Below, one piece after another: positions 20,097-29,762 of a DNA stretch of 64,000 nt. This DNA comes from an uncultured delta proteobacterium (GTDB taxonomy: Bacteria > Myxococcota > Kuafuiibacteriia > Kuafuiibacteriales > Kuafuiibacteriaceae), in NCBI GenBank assembly GCA_963803435.1, contig CAWDML010000003.1, positions 896,001 to 960,000 of the forward strand, in the 5' to 3' direction. Each line of letters starts with the position of its first letter. The first letter of the stretch is position 1. Under the pieces are notes generated by a model that ran no database searches, was not told where the DNA came from, and saw nothing but the letters and a program-made list of their open reading frames with translations. The translations under genes were made by a program, and so were the position numbers.

Positions 20097-20774
20097 TCAG
20101 GTGAGGGTCTTCTTCAAGAAGTGCAGGCTGCGCTCGAACGACTCCTTGGCCGCGTCCTCATCGTAGACCTCGGGCCGATCCTCGTTGAAGAACGCGTGCT
20201 GGGTCTCCTCGTAGCGGAAGAGCGTGAACGTCACGTTGCCCGCCTTCAGCTTCTTCTCCAGCGCGCTCACCACCTGCGGCGTGCACCAGTCGTCGTCGGA
20301 AGCGAAGTGGCACATGAGGGGGGCGTCGATCCGGGTGAGATCCGCGGCTTCGTCAGGAGGAATGCCGTAGAAGCACACCGAGGCGTTGACCTCTTGGATG
20401 CTGGCGGCCGCAATCAACGTGAGCGCGCCGCCCATGCAGAAGCCGAGCACGCCGGCCTTCTTGTTGCCGCCCTCCTGAAGGTGGAGCACGGCGCCGTGGA
20501 TGTCCTCGCGCGCGCCGCTCCAGTCCAGGTCGTTCATCAGATGCTTGGCCTCGCTGGCATCCCGCGCGACCTTGCCGCGGAAGAGATCGGGGACGAGCGT
20601 GCGGAAACCGGCGCCGGCGAAGCAATCGGCCGTCTTCCGGATCTGATTGTTGATGCCCCACCACTCTTGCACGACGACGAGGCCGGGCGCCGTCTCCACC
20701 TTGTTCTTCGGCATCGCGAAGTAAGCGGGCACCTGTTGGCCGTCGGGTCGCTCGAAGCTGATCATGTCGCCCAT
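20097..20774 (-). CDS. Dienelactone hydrolase family protein
   Basis: VVQEWWG, VPDLF, GFCMGG, HAFFN. SD GGGAGGT upstream of ATG 20774. Confidence 0.92.
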   Translation of the reverse strand: MGDMISFERPDGQQVPAYFAMPKNKVETAPGLVVVQEWWGINNQIRKTADCFAGAGFRTLVPDLFRGKVARDASEAKHLMNDLDWSGAREDIHGAVLHLQEGGNKKAGVLGFCMGGALTLIAAASIQEVNASVCFYGIPPDEAADLTRIDAPLMCHFASDDDWCTPQVVSALEKKLKAGNVTFTLFRYEETQHAFFNEDRPEVYDEDAAKESFERSLHFLKKTLT

Positions 20775-20967
20775 GTTCGTTACCTCCCTCGATGTTGGGC
20801 CGCGGAGGCTAACAAGTCGCGTCGGCGGCGGCAAAACCGATGTGAGCAGGCGAGATATACCACAGGCAGTGGACACGTCTCGGTCCGCCGTAGGTTTTTC
20901 CGCATGCGGTGCCGTTTGGGGAGCGTGGGGTTTCGGCACCGATGCGCGCCGGTGTAGGAAGACCTCG

Positions 20968-21192
20968 ATGGTGAACCAGACCTTCCTCGAGCTCCAGCAG
21001 AGCGAGACCACGGTGGTCCACGCCGCGTCGCGGATCTACGCCGCGTACATTGCACGGGGCATGGTGGACCAGGGCGCCGAGCAGCAGTGGATCCAGAAGT
21101 CGATCCATGAGGCGATCCAGCTGGCGTACTGGACCGATCAGGCCGTGCAGAGCGACGATGAGAAGCGGAAACGGGACTTCCAGGACGTGTAG
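20968..21192 (+). CDS. Small hypothetical protein (74 aa)
   Basis: GC3-biased codons; amphipathic LQQSETTVVHAASRIYAAYI...SIHEAIQLA...VQSDDE. Confidence 0.7.
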   Translation: MVNQTFLELQQSETTVVHAASRIYAAYIARGMVDQGAEQQWIQKSIHEAIQLAYWTDQAVQSDDEKRKRDFQDV

Positions 21193-21200
21193 GCTCGCCG

Positions 21201-22071
21201 TCAGCGGTGCTCCATCCAGGCGACGCAGCGCCGCAGCTGTTTCTGCATCTCGGGGACCTCGAAATGGCAGGGGGCCTCGTGGCCAGGGAGAATCCACTCG
21301 AAGCGGAGGTCGACGAGCCGGCGCATCGATTCGGTCTGGATCGCCCAGTCGTACCAGCAGGCGCCGCGGAAGGCACAGACCCTCTCCTCCTCGAGGTCGT
21401 AGGCGAGATGATCGCCGGTGAAGAGGTAGCGCCGGTCATAGAGCAGGCAGGCCGACCCGGCCGTGTGACCGGGCGTCGGCACGACGATCAGATCGTCGTC
21501 GAGCGCGACCGGCGCCTCGCCTTCGATGGCCCGCTCGATCGCGCGGGTCGAAGGCGTCCGATCGGCGGCGTGGATGAGGCGCTCCGCGCCGAAGCGGTCG
21601 GCCCATCGCTGATGATCGGCGACGTCGTCCCGGTGGGTGAGGAAGATCTTCGCGACGCCGCCCATCGCTTCGATGCGATCGGCGAGCCCGCGATTGAACC
21701 GCGGCGAGTCGACCAGGACGTTTCCCGCGCGGACGCACGATCAGATAGCTGGCGGCGCCGAAGCTCTTTTCACTGTGAAAGCCGGCATGAAAGACCTCGC
21801 CGTCGATCCGGCTGGGAAAGGCGCGCTGCGCCGCCTTGAGGTCGTGGACACCCTCGGCGCCGATGGAGCCGGTGGGACAGGCGACCAGGGCCATCGAGGC
21901 CCTCGCCTCGCCGGTCGCCTCCGAGGGCTGCGCGTAGACTCGCGACCGACCGTCGGCCGCGTCGAAGCTGGCCGGCGCGATCCATCGGCAGGCACCGCAG
22001 TCGATGCAGGTGTCGTCGACGTAGAAGTCCCCGGCGACGTTGGTCGGGAGACGGCGGCGGAGTGAGGCCAT
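21201..22071 (-). CDS. Ferredoxin-fused MBL-fold metallo-hydrolase (frameshift near 21722)
   Basis: CIDCGAC...CP N-domain; LTHRDDVADH, TPGHTAG, FTGDH, LPGH. One extra A in GGG-AAA-C breaks GNVLVDSPRF. Confidence 0.85.
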
Positions 22072-22078
22072 CGAGACC

Positions 22079-22091
22079 AGACTATTATAGT
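22079..22091. promoter_or_regulatory. Overlapping divergent -10 elements
   Basis: TATAGT (+, 22086-22091) lies 8 nt before mmsA ATG. TAGTCT/TATAAT (-) lie 7/12 nt before the MBL ATG. Only 28 bp intergenic. Confidence 0.55.
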
Positions 22092-22099
22092 CTCGCGGC

Positions 22100-23578
22100 A
22101 TGAGCGCCTCTGAAACGATCCGGAACTACATCGGTGGGCAGTGGATCTCGCCCGCCGGGGCCCAGCTTCTCGACGTCGAGAACCCGGCCACCCGGGACGT
22201 CCTGGCGCGCGTCCCGCTGTCGGGCAGCGCGGAGGTCGACCAGGCCGTCGCGCGCGGGCGCGAAGCGTTCGCCTCCTGGCGCCGCACGCCGGTCACGGAG
22301 CGGATCCAGTACCTGTTCCGGTTGAAGCAGCTCCTCGAGGACAACGTCGACCACATCGCGCGGACCATCACGCTCGAGTGCGGCAAGACGCTGGCAGAGG
22401 CCAAGGGTGAGCTGCGGCGCGGCATCGAGAACGTCGAGGTGGCGTGCGGCATGCCGATGATGATGCAGGGGCACGTCAACGAGGACATCGCGGAGGGGAT
22501 CGACGAGATGATGATCCGCCAACCGCTCGGCGTCGTCGCCGCCATCACGCCGTTCAACTTCCCCGCCATGATCCCGCTCTGGTTCCTGCCCTACGCCGTC
22601 GCCTGCGGGAACAGCTTCCTGCTCAAGCCGAGCGAGCGCGTCCCGGTCACCGTCCGCGAGCTGACGCTGTTGATCGAGAAGACCGGGCTCCCCGCGGGCG
22701 TCGTCCAGGTGGTCAACGGCGGTCGCGACGCCGTCGACGCCATCCTCGCCCATCCGGGCGTGTCCGCGGTCAGCTTCGTCGGCTCGAGCGCCGTCGCCCG
22801 CCACGTGTACGCCGAGGCGAGCCGCAACGGAAAGCGCGCCCAATGCCAGGGCGGCGCGAAGAACCCGATCGTCGTGCTCCCGGACGCCGACATGTCGATG
22901 ACCACCCAGATCGTCGCCGACTCCGCCTTCGGCTGCGCGGGCCAGCGCTGCCTCGCCGCCTCGATCGCGATCGCGGTCGGAGAGGCCCGCTCCGCTTTCA
23001 CCGAGTCGATCGCGGACGCCGCCGCCCGCCGTCACGTCGGCTCCGGCCTGGACCCGGACGTCCAGATGGGCCCCGTCATCAGCCCGGCCAGCAAGACCCG
23101 GATTCAGGGGCTCATCGACAAGGGCTTGAGCGAGGGCGCAGAGCTCGTCGTCGACGGCCGCACCGCCGACGTCGCCGGGCACGACCGCGGAAACTTCCTC
23201 CGGCCGACGATCCTCGGCGGCGTCGACCCCCGCAGCGAGCTCGCCAGCACCGAGATCTTCGGCCCGGTCTTATCGTTGATCAACGTTGACAACGTTGACG
23301 ATGCAATCAACGTCATCAACGGCATCCACTATGGCAACATGGCCTGCCTGTTTACCAACAGCGGCGCGGCCGCCCGCAAGTTCCGCTATGAGGTCCGCGC
23401 CGGCAACATCGGCATCAACCTCGGCGTCGCCGCCCCGATGGCCTTCTTCCCGTTCACCGGCTGGCGCGGGAGCTTCTTCGGCGATCTCCACGCCCAGGGC
23501 CGGGACGCGGTCGAGTTCTACACGGACAAGAAGGTGGTGGTGGAGCGCTGGCCGAAGGACTGGACGCGCAAGTTCTAG
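22100..23578 (+). CDS. mmsA: CoA-acylating methylmalonate/malonate-semialdehyde dehydrogenase
   Basis: [57 protein letters not shown]. Confidence 0.93.
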   Translation: MSASETIRNYIGGQWISPAGAQLLDVENPATRDVLARVPLSGSAEVDQAVARGREAFASWRRTPVTERIQYLFRLKQLLEDNVDHIARTITLECGKTLAEAKGELRRGIENVEVACGMPMMMQGHVNEDIAEGIDEMMIRQPLGVVAAITPFNFPAMIPLWFLPYAVACGNSFLLKPSERVPVTVRELTLLIEKTGLPAGVVQVVNGGRDAVDAILAHPGVSAVSFVGSSAVARHVYAEASRNGKRAQCQGGAKNPIVVLPDADMSMTTQIVADSAFGCAGQRCLAASIAIAVGEARSAFTESIADAAARRHVGSGLDPDVQMGPVISPASKTRIQGLIDKGLSEGAELVVDGRTADVAGHDRGNFLRPTILGGVDPRSELASTEIFGPVLSLINVDNVDDAINVINGIHYGNMACLFTNSGAAARKFRYEVRAGNIGINLGVAAPMAFFPFTGWRGSFFGDLHAQGRDAVEFYTDKKVVVERWPKDWTRKF

Positions 23579-23604
23579 GGATGGTCCCCTCCTGACTGTT
23601 CAGC

Positions 23605-23701
23605 GTTCGCTGCTTCGATCGTTCTGCTCCTTCGCGATTCGGCGGGAGTCGCGTTCAGCCCCGGATTGAACGGCGAATGACCGAGCGACGAAACAGCGAA
23701 C
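23605..23701. repeat. Branched intergenic hairpin related to the 8414-8624 element
   Basis: Outer arms GTTCGCTGCTTCG.. / ..CGAAACAGCGAAC; inner stems CGCGATTC/GAGTCGCG and CGTTCAG/TTGAACG. Lies between convergent genes. Confidence 0.6.
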
Positions 23702-23710
23702 CTGGGTGCG

Positions 23711-24826
23711 TCATGCCCGGGGTTCGATCATCGCCACCAGCGCGTCGATGTCGGCGCGCGTGGTGGTGCGGCCCAGCGAGAAGCGGATCGCGCCCCGCGC
23801 GAGGTCGGGCGGGACGCCCATGGCGGTGAGGACGGGGGAGGGCGTCACCTCGCCCGCGTGGCAGGCGGAGCCGGTCGAGGCGGCGACGCCGTCGAGGCGA
23901 GCCAGGAGGTCGGCGCCGATCTGGCCGGTGAAGCTCAGGTTGAGCGTGTTGGGGAGCCGCTCGGTCGGGTGGCCGTTGAGGACGACGGCCCCCCCGAGCT
24001 TCGCCATGATCCCGTCGTGCAGGGCGTCGCGGAGGGCGGTGAGCTCAGCCCGTGCGTCGACGGCGGCGCGGGCGATGCGGCACGCCTCTCCCAGCGCGGC
24101 GGCCAGGATGGCGCTCTCGGTGCCGGCGCGGCGACCGTTCTCGTGGCGCCCACCGTGGATCAGCGGCTCGAGGGTGACGCCGCGCCGGCAATAGAGGGCA
24201 CCGATGCCCTTCGGCGCGTAGAGCTTGTGGCCGGCGAGTGAGAGGAGATCGACGCCGAGCACGCCGACCTGGACGGGGATCTTGCCGGCGCTCTGCGCGG
24301 CGTCGCAGTGGAAGAGGACGCGCCTGCGGCGGGTGTGCGCGGCGATCGCCTCGATCGGCTGGATCGTGCCGGTCTCGTTGTTGGCGTGCATGATCGTGAC
24401 GAGGGTGGTGTCGGGCGCCAGCGCGCGGTCGATCGCCTCCGGGTCGACGCGGCCGCTTCGATCGATCTCGACGTGGGTGGTGCTTGCGCCGAGCCGCTCG
24501 AGGAAGCGACAGCTCTCCAGCGTGGCCGGATGCTCCCCGCGCGCGGTCACGATGTGACTGGCGGCGATCCCCCGCGCGAACGCGGCGCCCTTGATGGCGC
24601 TATTATTGGATTCGGATCCGCCGCTGGTGAAGACGATCTCGTCGGGCTCGGCGCCCAGGAAGTCGGCGACCTTCCCCCGCGCCTCCTCGACGGCGCGGCG
24701 TGCTGGTGCCCCGGCCCAGTGGCTGCTCGACGGGTTTCCGTAGGCCTCGTCGAGGAGGGAACGCATGATCGCGGACACCTCGGGGGCGATCGGGGTGCTC
24801 GCGTTGTGGTCCAGGTAGATCGTCAC
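23711..24826 (-). CDS. Cysteine desulfurase (IscS/NifS group I, PLP-dependent)
   Basis: YLDHNASTP, GNPSS, FTSGGSESN, ANNETG, DAAQ, AGHK (PLP Lys), STGSACH (catalytic Cys). Alternative start at 24844. Confidence 0.92.
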   Translation of the reverse strand: MTIYLDHNASTPIAPEVSAIMRSLLDEAYGNPSSSHWAGAPARRAVEEARGKVADFLGAEPDEIVFTSGGSESNNSAIKGAAFARGIAASHIVTARGEHPATLESCRFLERLGASTTHVEIDRSGRVDPEAIDRALAPDTTLVTIMHANNETGTIQPIEAIAAHTRRRRVLFHCDAAQSAGKIPVQVGVLGVDLLSLAGHKLYAPKGIGALYCRRGVTLEPLIHGGRHENGRRAGTESAILAAALGEACRIARAAVDARAELTALRDALHDGIMAKLGGAVVLNGHPTERLPNTLNLSFTGQIGADLLARLDGVAASTGSACHAGEVTPSPVLTAMGVPPDLARGAIRFSLGRTTTRADIDALVAMIEPRA

Positions 24827-24853
24827 GGGCTCGTTCTCTAACATGCAGCGCGA

Positions 24854-25723
24854 ATGAAGGCTGTCGTCGTCGGGCACGTCACGAAGGATCTGATCCGCAT
24901 CCCCGGGCGTCCGGATCGCGTCATGACCGGCGGCTCTGCGTTCTATGCGTCGATCGCGCTCGCACGTCTCGGGTTCTCCGTGTCGACCGTGACCAAGCTG
25001 GCGCCTGCGGACGACGGCCTCCTCGATCCGCTCCGGGCGGTGGGTGTCGAGCTCGTCCTCCGGCCCTCGGCGACCACCACGGTCTTCGAGAACAGCTACT
25101 TCGGGGCCCAGCTCTCCGAGCGCAAGCAGCGCGTCCCCTCGATCGCCGCGGCATTCGACGCAGCGGATCTCGACGGGCTCAGCGCCGACGTTCTGCACCT
25201 CGGCCCGCTCACCGCCGGCGAGATGGGCCCGGCCCTCTTCGAGTCGGCGCGCGCCCGAGCGCCTCGCGTCTCCTTCGATGCGCAAGGCATCCTGCGCAGG
25301 ATCGAGGATCAGGCGGTGGTCCCCGCCCGCCCCGGCGCGCTCGGCCAACTGCTCCGCCACGTCGACATCCTCAAGGTGGACGATCTCGAGGCGGCTGCCC
25401 TCGTCGAGGAGAACGATCCGAGGCTCGGCGCGGCGGCGCTGGGAGCGCTCGGCCCCAGCGAGGTGCTGGTGACGTTCGCCGATCGGGGCTCGCTGATCTG
25501 GACCGCGACGCACACGGACCGCATCGCCGCCATCCCGCCTCGCGAGATCGTCGATGCCACCGGGTGTGGTGATACCTACCTCGCGGGCTACGTCGCCGCG
25601 CGGATGCGCGACGAGCACCCGCCGACCGCGGCGCGGATCGCCGCCGCCGCCGCCAGCCTCAAGCTCGAAGGCTACGGCCCGCTCTCTCACGGTTGGAACG
25701 ACGTCGTCGCCCGCGCGGCGTAG
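24854..25723 (+). CDS. PfkB family carbohydrate/nucleoside kinase
   Basis: GHVTKD, GGSAFY, DAQG, VDATGCGDTYLAG. Confidence 0.88.
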   Translation: MKAVVVGHVTKDLIRIPGRPDRVMTGGSAFYASIALARLGFSVSTVTKLAPADDGLLDPLRAVGVELVLRPSATTTVFENSYFGAQLSERKQRVPSIAAAFDAADLDGLSADVLHLGPLTAGEMGPALFESARARAPRVSFDAQGILRRIEDQAVVPARPGALGQLLRHVDILKVDDLEAAALVEENDPRLGAAALGALGPSEVLVTFADRGSLIWTATHTDRIAAIPPREIVDATGCGDTYLAGYVAARMRDEHPPTAARIAAAAASLKLEGYGPLSHGWNDVVARAA

Positions 25724-25736
25724 TTTGGAGCCGCTC

Positions 25737-26993
25737 TCAGAGATCCTTCGCCAGCCGAACGCCCTGGAAGCACCAGCGCTGATCCGGGTAGAAGAAGTTC
25801 CGATACGTGGCGCGCGTGTGGTCGCGCGGCGTCACGCAGGATCCGCCTCGCAGGACCAGCTGGCTCACCATGAACTTCCCGTTGTACTCGCCGAGGGCGC
25901 CCGCCAGCGGCCGGTAACCGGGATAGGGCGCGTATGCGCTCTGGGTCAGCTCCCAGACGTCCCCGAACAGCGCGGTCGGTCCGTTGTCTCGGGGCGCGGC
26001 TCGGGGATGGAGCGCGTCGTCCTCCAGGTGGTTGCCGGGCGAGGCCGGGGGATGCGCGACCGCGGCCACCTCCCACTCGTGCTCGGTCGGCAGGCGGGCC
26101 CCGGCCCAGCGCGCGTAGGCGTCGGCCTCGAAGTAGCTCACGTGCACGGCCGGTCGCTCCGGATCCAGCGGCCGAAGTCCGCCGAGCGTGACCTCGTACC
26201 GCTCGCCGTCGATCGTGCGCCAGTACTCGGGTGCCTCGAGCCCGCGCGATCGCACGGTGTGAAAGCCGTCGGAGAGCCAGAGCTCGGGGCGGCGATAGCC
26301 GTCGTCCTCGATGAACGCGAGGAGCTCGCGGTTGGTGACCGTGCGATTCGCGATCGCGAACGGCTCGAGATGGACCCGGTGTCGCGGGGTCTCGTTGTCG
26401 AAGGCGAAGCCGTCGCCGTCGTGTCCGATCTCGACCAGGCCCCCCTCGTGCTCGACGAACGCGAGCGCGGGTGCGCGGCCCTCGGCCCACACCAGGTCCT
26501 CGCGGTAGGTCGGGTAGATCGGATTGCGCGAGAAGGCGTGCTTGATGTCCATCAGGATCAACTCTTGATGCTGCTGCTCGTGGTGGAGCCCGAGCGTGGT
26601 GCGCGCCTCGAGGGCTTCGTATTGCGCGCCGTCGATCGCGTCGATCAGCTCGAGCATTCGGGCGTCGACGACGCGCCGGTACTCCAGCACCTCGGCCAGC
26701 GGCGGCCGTGACACCTGACCGCGTTCGGGGCGCGGGTGTCGTTCGCCGACGCCTTCGTAATAAGAGTTGAAGAGCACCCGGTAGTGCTCGCGGAACGGGC
26801 GGTACGACGCCGCGCATTGCTCGAGGATGAACACCTCGAAGAACCAGGTCGTGTGCGCGACGTGCCACTTCGCGGGGCTCACGAAGTCCGCGGTCTGGAG
26901 CATCGCGTCCTCGGGCGTCAGCGGCGCGATCAGCCGTTCGGTGGTCGTGCGGATGCGGTGATAGCGTTCCTGGAGGTCTCGACGGTCGATCAT
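25737..26993 (-). CDS. egtB: Ergothioneine biosynthesis sulfoxide synthase
   Basis: DinB-like SPAKWHVAHTTWFFE and HEQQHQELILMDIKH iron ligands; FGE-like FAFDNETP, GEYNGKFM, RATYRNFF. Confidence 0.92.
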   Translation of the reverse strand: MIDRRDLQERYHRIRTTTERLIAPLTPEDAMLQTADFVSPAKWHVAHTTWFFEVFILEQCAASYRPFREHYRVLFNSYYEGVGERHPRPERGQVSRPPLAEVLEYRRVVDARMLELIDAIDGAQYEALEARTTLGLHHEQQHQELILMDIKHAFSRNPIYPTYREDLVWAEGRAPALAFVEHEGGLVEIGHDGDGFAFDNETPRHRVHLEPFAIANRTVTNRELLAFIEDDGYRRPELWLSDGFHTVRSRGLEAPEYWRTIDGERYEVTLGGLRPLDPERPAVHVSYFEADAYARWAGARLPTEHEWEVAAVAHPPASPGNHLEDDALHPRAAPRDNGPTALFGDVWELTQSAYAPYPGYRPLAGALGEYNGKFMVSQLVLRGGSCVTPRDHTRATYRNFFYPDQRWCFQGVRLAKDL

Positions 26994-27008
26994 CCAAGCT
27001 CCTCGGGC

Positions 27009-28178
27009 TCAGACCGAGACGTCGTGACTCATCAACCAGTGCACGATGTCCCAGCGGTGGACGAAGCCTAGCACGCGGCCGCGCTCGACGACGGGGAGTT
27101 GCTCGATCCGGCGCCGGAGCAGCAGCTGGAGCGCGAGATCGGCGTCGTCGGAGGCGCTGAGCAGCGGCAGCCCGTCGAGCGGGACCATGATCTGACCGAC
27201 CGGCGTTCGCGCCCACTCGTCCTGAGGGACGTTCGCCACGTCCTCGAGCCGGACGAAGCCCAAGAGGTTGCCGTTGTCGACCACCGGCAAGGTACGCTTG
27301 TCGGGAAGGATCAGGACGTTCTCGAGGAAGCTCGAGATGGACATCGCGCGCGAGACGGTGGCCGGCTCGTCGTGCATCAGCTCCGAGACCGAGACATGGC
27401 TGAGCGTATCGCGCACGAGCTCCTCCGAGTAGCTGACCGTGGCGGCGTGATTCAAGAGCCATCCGCCTCCGAGCATCCACAGCCCGTAGAAGCGGCTGTC
27501 GCCGACGATCGGCGGCTCGAGCCCGAGCGCGATCGCGATGCCGAACGCCATCAGGACCCACGCGATGATCTGACCGACGGCCGCCGCCCAACGGGTCGCA
27601 TGCCGGGGATCGTGCCCGAGCGCCCAGAGCAGGGCGCGGAGCGCCCGCCCGGCGTCGAGTGGAAAGGCGGGGATGAGCTGGACCAACGCCAGCAGCGCGT
27701 TGATCCCGCCGACCCAGGCGGCCAGGACCGAGACCGGGGTGGCCTCGGAGCCCGCAGCGGCGACTCCGTGGACCGCGTCGAGGAAGCAGGCGGCGATCAC
27801 GACGTGGATGACCGGGCCGATCCCTGCCGCGACCATCTCGATCGACGGCGCTTGCGGCCGGGCGCAGAACTGCACGCTGCTGGTGAAGGGAAAGAGCCGG
27901 ATGCGATCGAGCTGCAGCCCGAACAACCGGCCGGCGGCCGCACGCGCCAGCTCGTGTAGGAGGACGGAGGCGAAGAACGCCGCAGTGGCGAGCAGCGAGG
28001 CGGCCCACGCGGTCGCGGCGGTCCAGCCCGGGAACCGCTGCGGCACGACCTGATAGCGGAGGCCGACCAGGATCGCGACCAGCACGACCGGCACGGTCCA
28101 GTCGAACGACAGCTCCGCGCCGCTCTCACGCGAGACCGCGATCCTGCGCGCTTCCGCGGACCCTGGGCCGATCCCCAT
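27009..28178 (-). CDS. Site-2 protease (M50) / CBS-domain membrane protein with degenerate active site
   Basis: Multiple TMs, SVLLHELAR (HExxH to HExxR), QLIPAFPLDAG (NxxPxxxLDG variant), C-terminal tandem CBS domains. Start uncertain. Confidence 0.8.
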   Translation of the reverse strand: MGIGPGSAEARRIAVSRESGAELSFDWTVPVVLVAILVGLRYQVVPQRFPGWTAATAWAASLLATAAFFASVLLHELARAAAGRLFGLQLDRIRLFPFTSSVQFCARPQAPSIEMVAAGIGPVIHVVIAACFLDAVHGVAAAGSEATPVSVLAAWVGGINALLALVQLIPAFPLDAGRALRALLWALGHDPRHATRWAAAVGQIIAWVLMAFGIAIALGLEPPIVGDSRFYGLWMLGGGWLLNHAATVSYSEELVRDTLSHVSVSELMHDEPATVSRAMSISSFLENVLILPDKRTLPVVDNGNLLGFVRLEDVANVPQDEWARTPVGQIMVPLDGLPLLSASDDADLALQLLLRRRIEQLPVVERGRVLGFVHRWDIVHWLMSHDVSV

Positions 28179-28257
28179 GGGGCGATCGAAAGCAGGAATC
28201 GTTCCGTCATGGGCGCGGCGGATGCGCGCTGCGCGGACGCTGCACCGCCCGGGCGGG

Positions 28258-29082
28258 TCAGCCCCCCGGATGGTCGCGCTCGGCGACCGCGGCCTTGAAT
28301 CCGATCGCCTCGCACCGCGCCTTGAACGCGACGCCCTCCGGCGTGTGGCGGGCCATCCCATCGAACAAGGTCGCGATCATCTGGGTGCTGGCCAGCCCCA
28401 TGTTCTCGAACGCCTGATTGATCATCAGCTTCTGCATCATGAGCTGGTTCTTCGGGATCGACGCGATCCGATCGGCGAGCTCCCAGGTGCGGGCCTCGAG
28501 CCGGCCCTCGGGAACCGCGTCGGTGACGAGGCCGATCGCTTTCGCCTCGCGACCATCGATCAGGTCGCCCGTGAGCAGCATCCGCTTCGCGCGCTCCGCC
28601 CCGATTCGATAGACCCACATGGCCGTGGTTGGGCATCCCCACACGCGCGCCGGCGGATAGCCGATGCGCGCCTCCTCCGCCATCACCACCAAATCGCACG
28701 AGAGCGCGATGTCGCTCCCGCCCGCCACCGCGAAGCCGTGCACCATGCAGATCGTCGGCTTATAGCTCCGCCACAAGCTGGAGAAGTCGTCGGTGTTCCG
28801 CTTCATCATCTTGTAGTCGAGCGTCGGATCCCACGGCATGGCCTGCGACCCCGCGTTGGGGCCCGGCCGCTCGGCCCAGATCTTGAGATCGTATCCCGAG
28901 CAGAACGCGCGCCCCGCACCGCCGAGCACGATCGCGTGAACGCTGTCGTCCTCGTTCGCCTGCTCGACGCGCTCCCGCAGCTGTCGAGGCAGATGCATGT
29001 CGATCGCGTTCAGCGACTCGGGACGGTTGAGCGTGAGGCGGGCGATACGCCCCTGTTTTTCGTAGAGGACCGGATCGGACAT
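28258..29082 (-). CDS. Crotonase/enoyl-CoA hydratase family protein
   Basis: LTLNRPESLNA, GRAFCSGYDL, VHGFAVAGGSDIALSCD. Confidence 0.92.
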   Translation of the reverse strand: MSDPVLYEKQGRIARLTLNRPESLNAIDMHLPRQLRERVEQANEDDSVHAIVLGGAGRAFCSGYDLKIWAERPGPNAGSQAMPWDPTLDYKMMKRNTDDFSSLWRSYKPTICMVHGFAVAGGSDIALSCDLVVMAEEARIGYPPARVWGCPTTAMWVYRIGAERAKRMLLTGDLIDGREAKAIGLVTDAVPEGRLEARTWELADRIASIPKNQLMMQKLMINQAFENMGLASTQMIATLFDGMARHTPEGVAFKARCEAIGFKAAVAERDHPGG

Positions 29083-29166
29083 GGCCCGCCTTAACGATTC
29101 GAGCGGCACGAGTCGAGCGTCGCCCGTGCGATGGCGCCGTCGCTCGCGGTGGGCGATAGTCGCACC

Positions 29167-29709
29167 GTGAGCTCGACACCTGCGATCCGGAGCGTCCGAG
29201 CGGACGACACCGAGGCGATGCGTTCGATCTATGCGCCCTTCGTCGAGTCTTCCGGGGTCAGCTTCGAGGAGGCCGTCCCGGACGAGACCACGTTCCGCGC
29301 TCGGGTCGAGTCGGGCGCCCGTACGCATCCGTGGCTGGTCGCAGAGCTCGACGGACGCCTGGCCGGCTACGCCTACGCTTCGGTGCATCGCGCTCGCGCC
29401 GCCTACCGATGGTCGGCGGAGGTCTCGGTCTACGTCGCGGAGGGCTTTCGGCGTGCCGGGCTCGGACGCGCGCTCTATCTGGAGCTGTTCGAGCGGTTGC
29501 GAGCGCTCGGCTACCTCAACGCGTTCGCCGGCATCACGCTTCCCAATCCGGCCAGCGTCCGCCTCCACGAGTCCCTGGGGTTCGAGCCGGTCGGCGTCTT
29601 TCGTCGCATTGGGTTCAAGCACGGACGCTGGCACGACGTGGGCTGGTATGCCCTCCGACTCGGCGAGGACGACCACCCTTCCGAGCCGAGGTCGCCCGCC
29701 CTCGATTGA
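29167..29709 (+). CDS. GNAT N-acetyltransferase (phosphinothricin/ArsN1-like)
   Basis: VSFEE, GYAYA, RAAYRWSAEVSVYV, GLGRALY, PNPASVRLHESLGF, GFKHGRWHDVGW. Confidence 0.9.
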   Translation: MSSTPAIRSVRADDTEAMRSIYAPFVESSGVSFEEAVPDETTFRARVESGARTHPWLVAELDGRLAGYAYASVHRARAAYRWSAEVSVYVAEGFRRAGLGRALYLELFERLRALGYLNAFAGITLPNPASVRLHESLGFEPVGVFRRIGFKHGRWHDVGWYALRLGEDDHPSEPRSPALD

Positions 29710-29762
29710 ACGAGGTCGGTCCATTTCCTCTCCGCCCGAGTTGGCCGTTAAGATCGGGGCCC

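Noticed and set aside
23605-23701. tRNA (branched, ~95 nt)
   Set aside because: No properly placed D-loop GG, T-loop or 7-nt anticodon loop, and no CCA acceptor geometry.
25737-26993. Selenoneine (senABC) or ovothiol (ovoA) pathway
   Set aside because: No adjacent glycosyltransferase or SelD gene, and no C-terminal methyltransferase domain.
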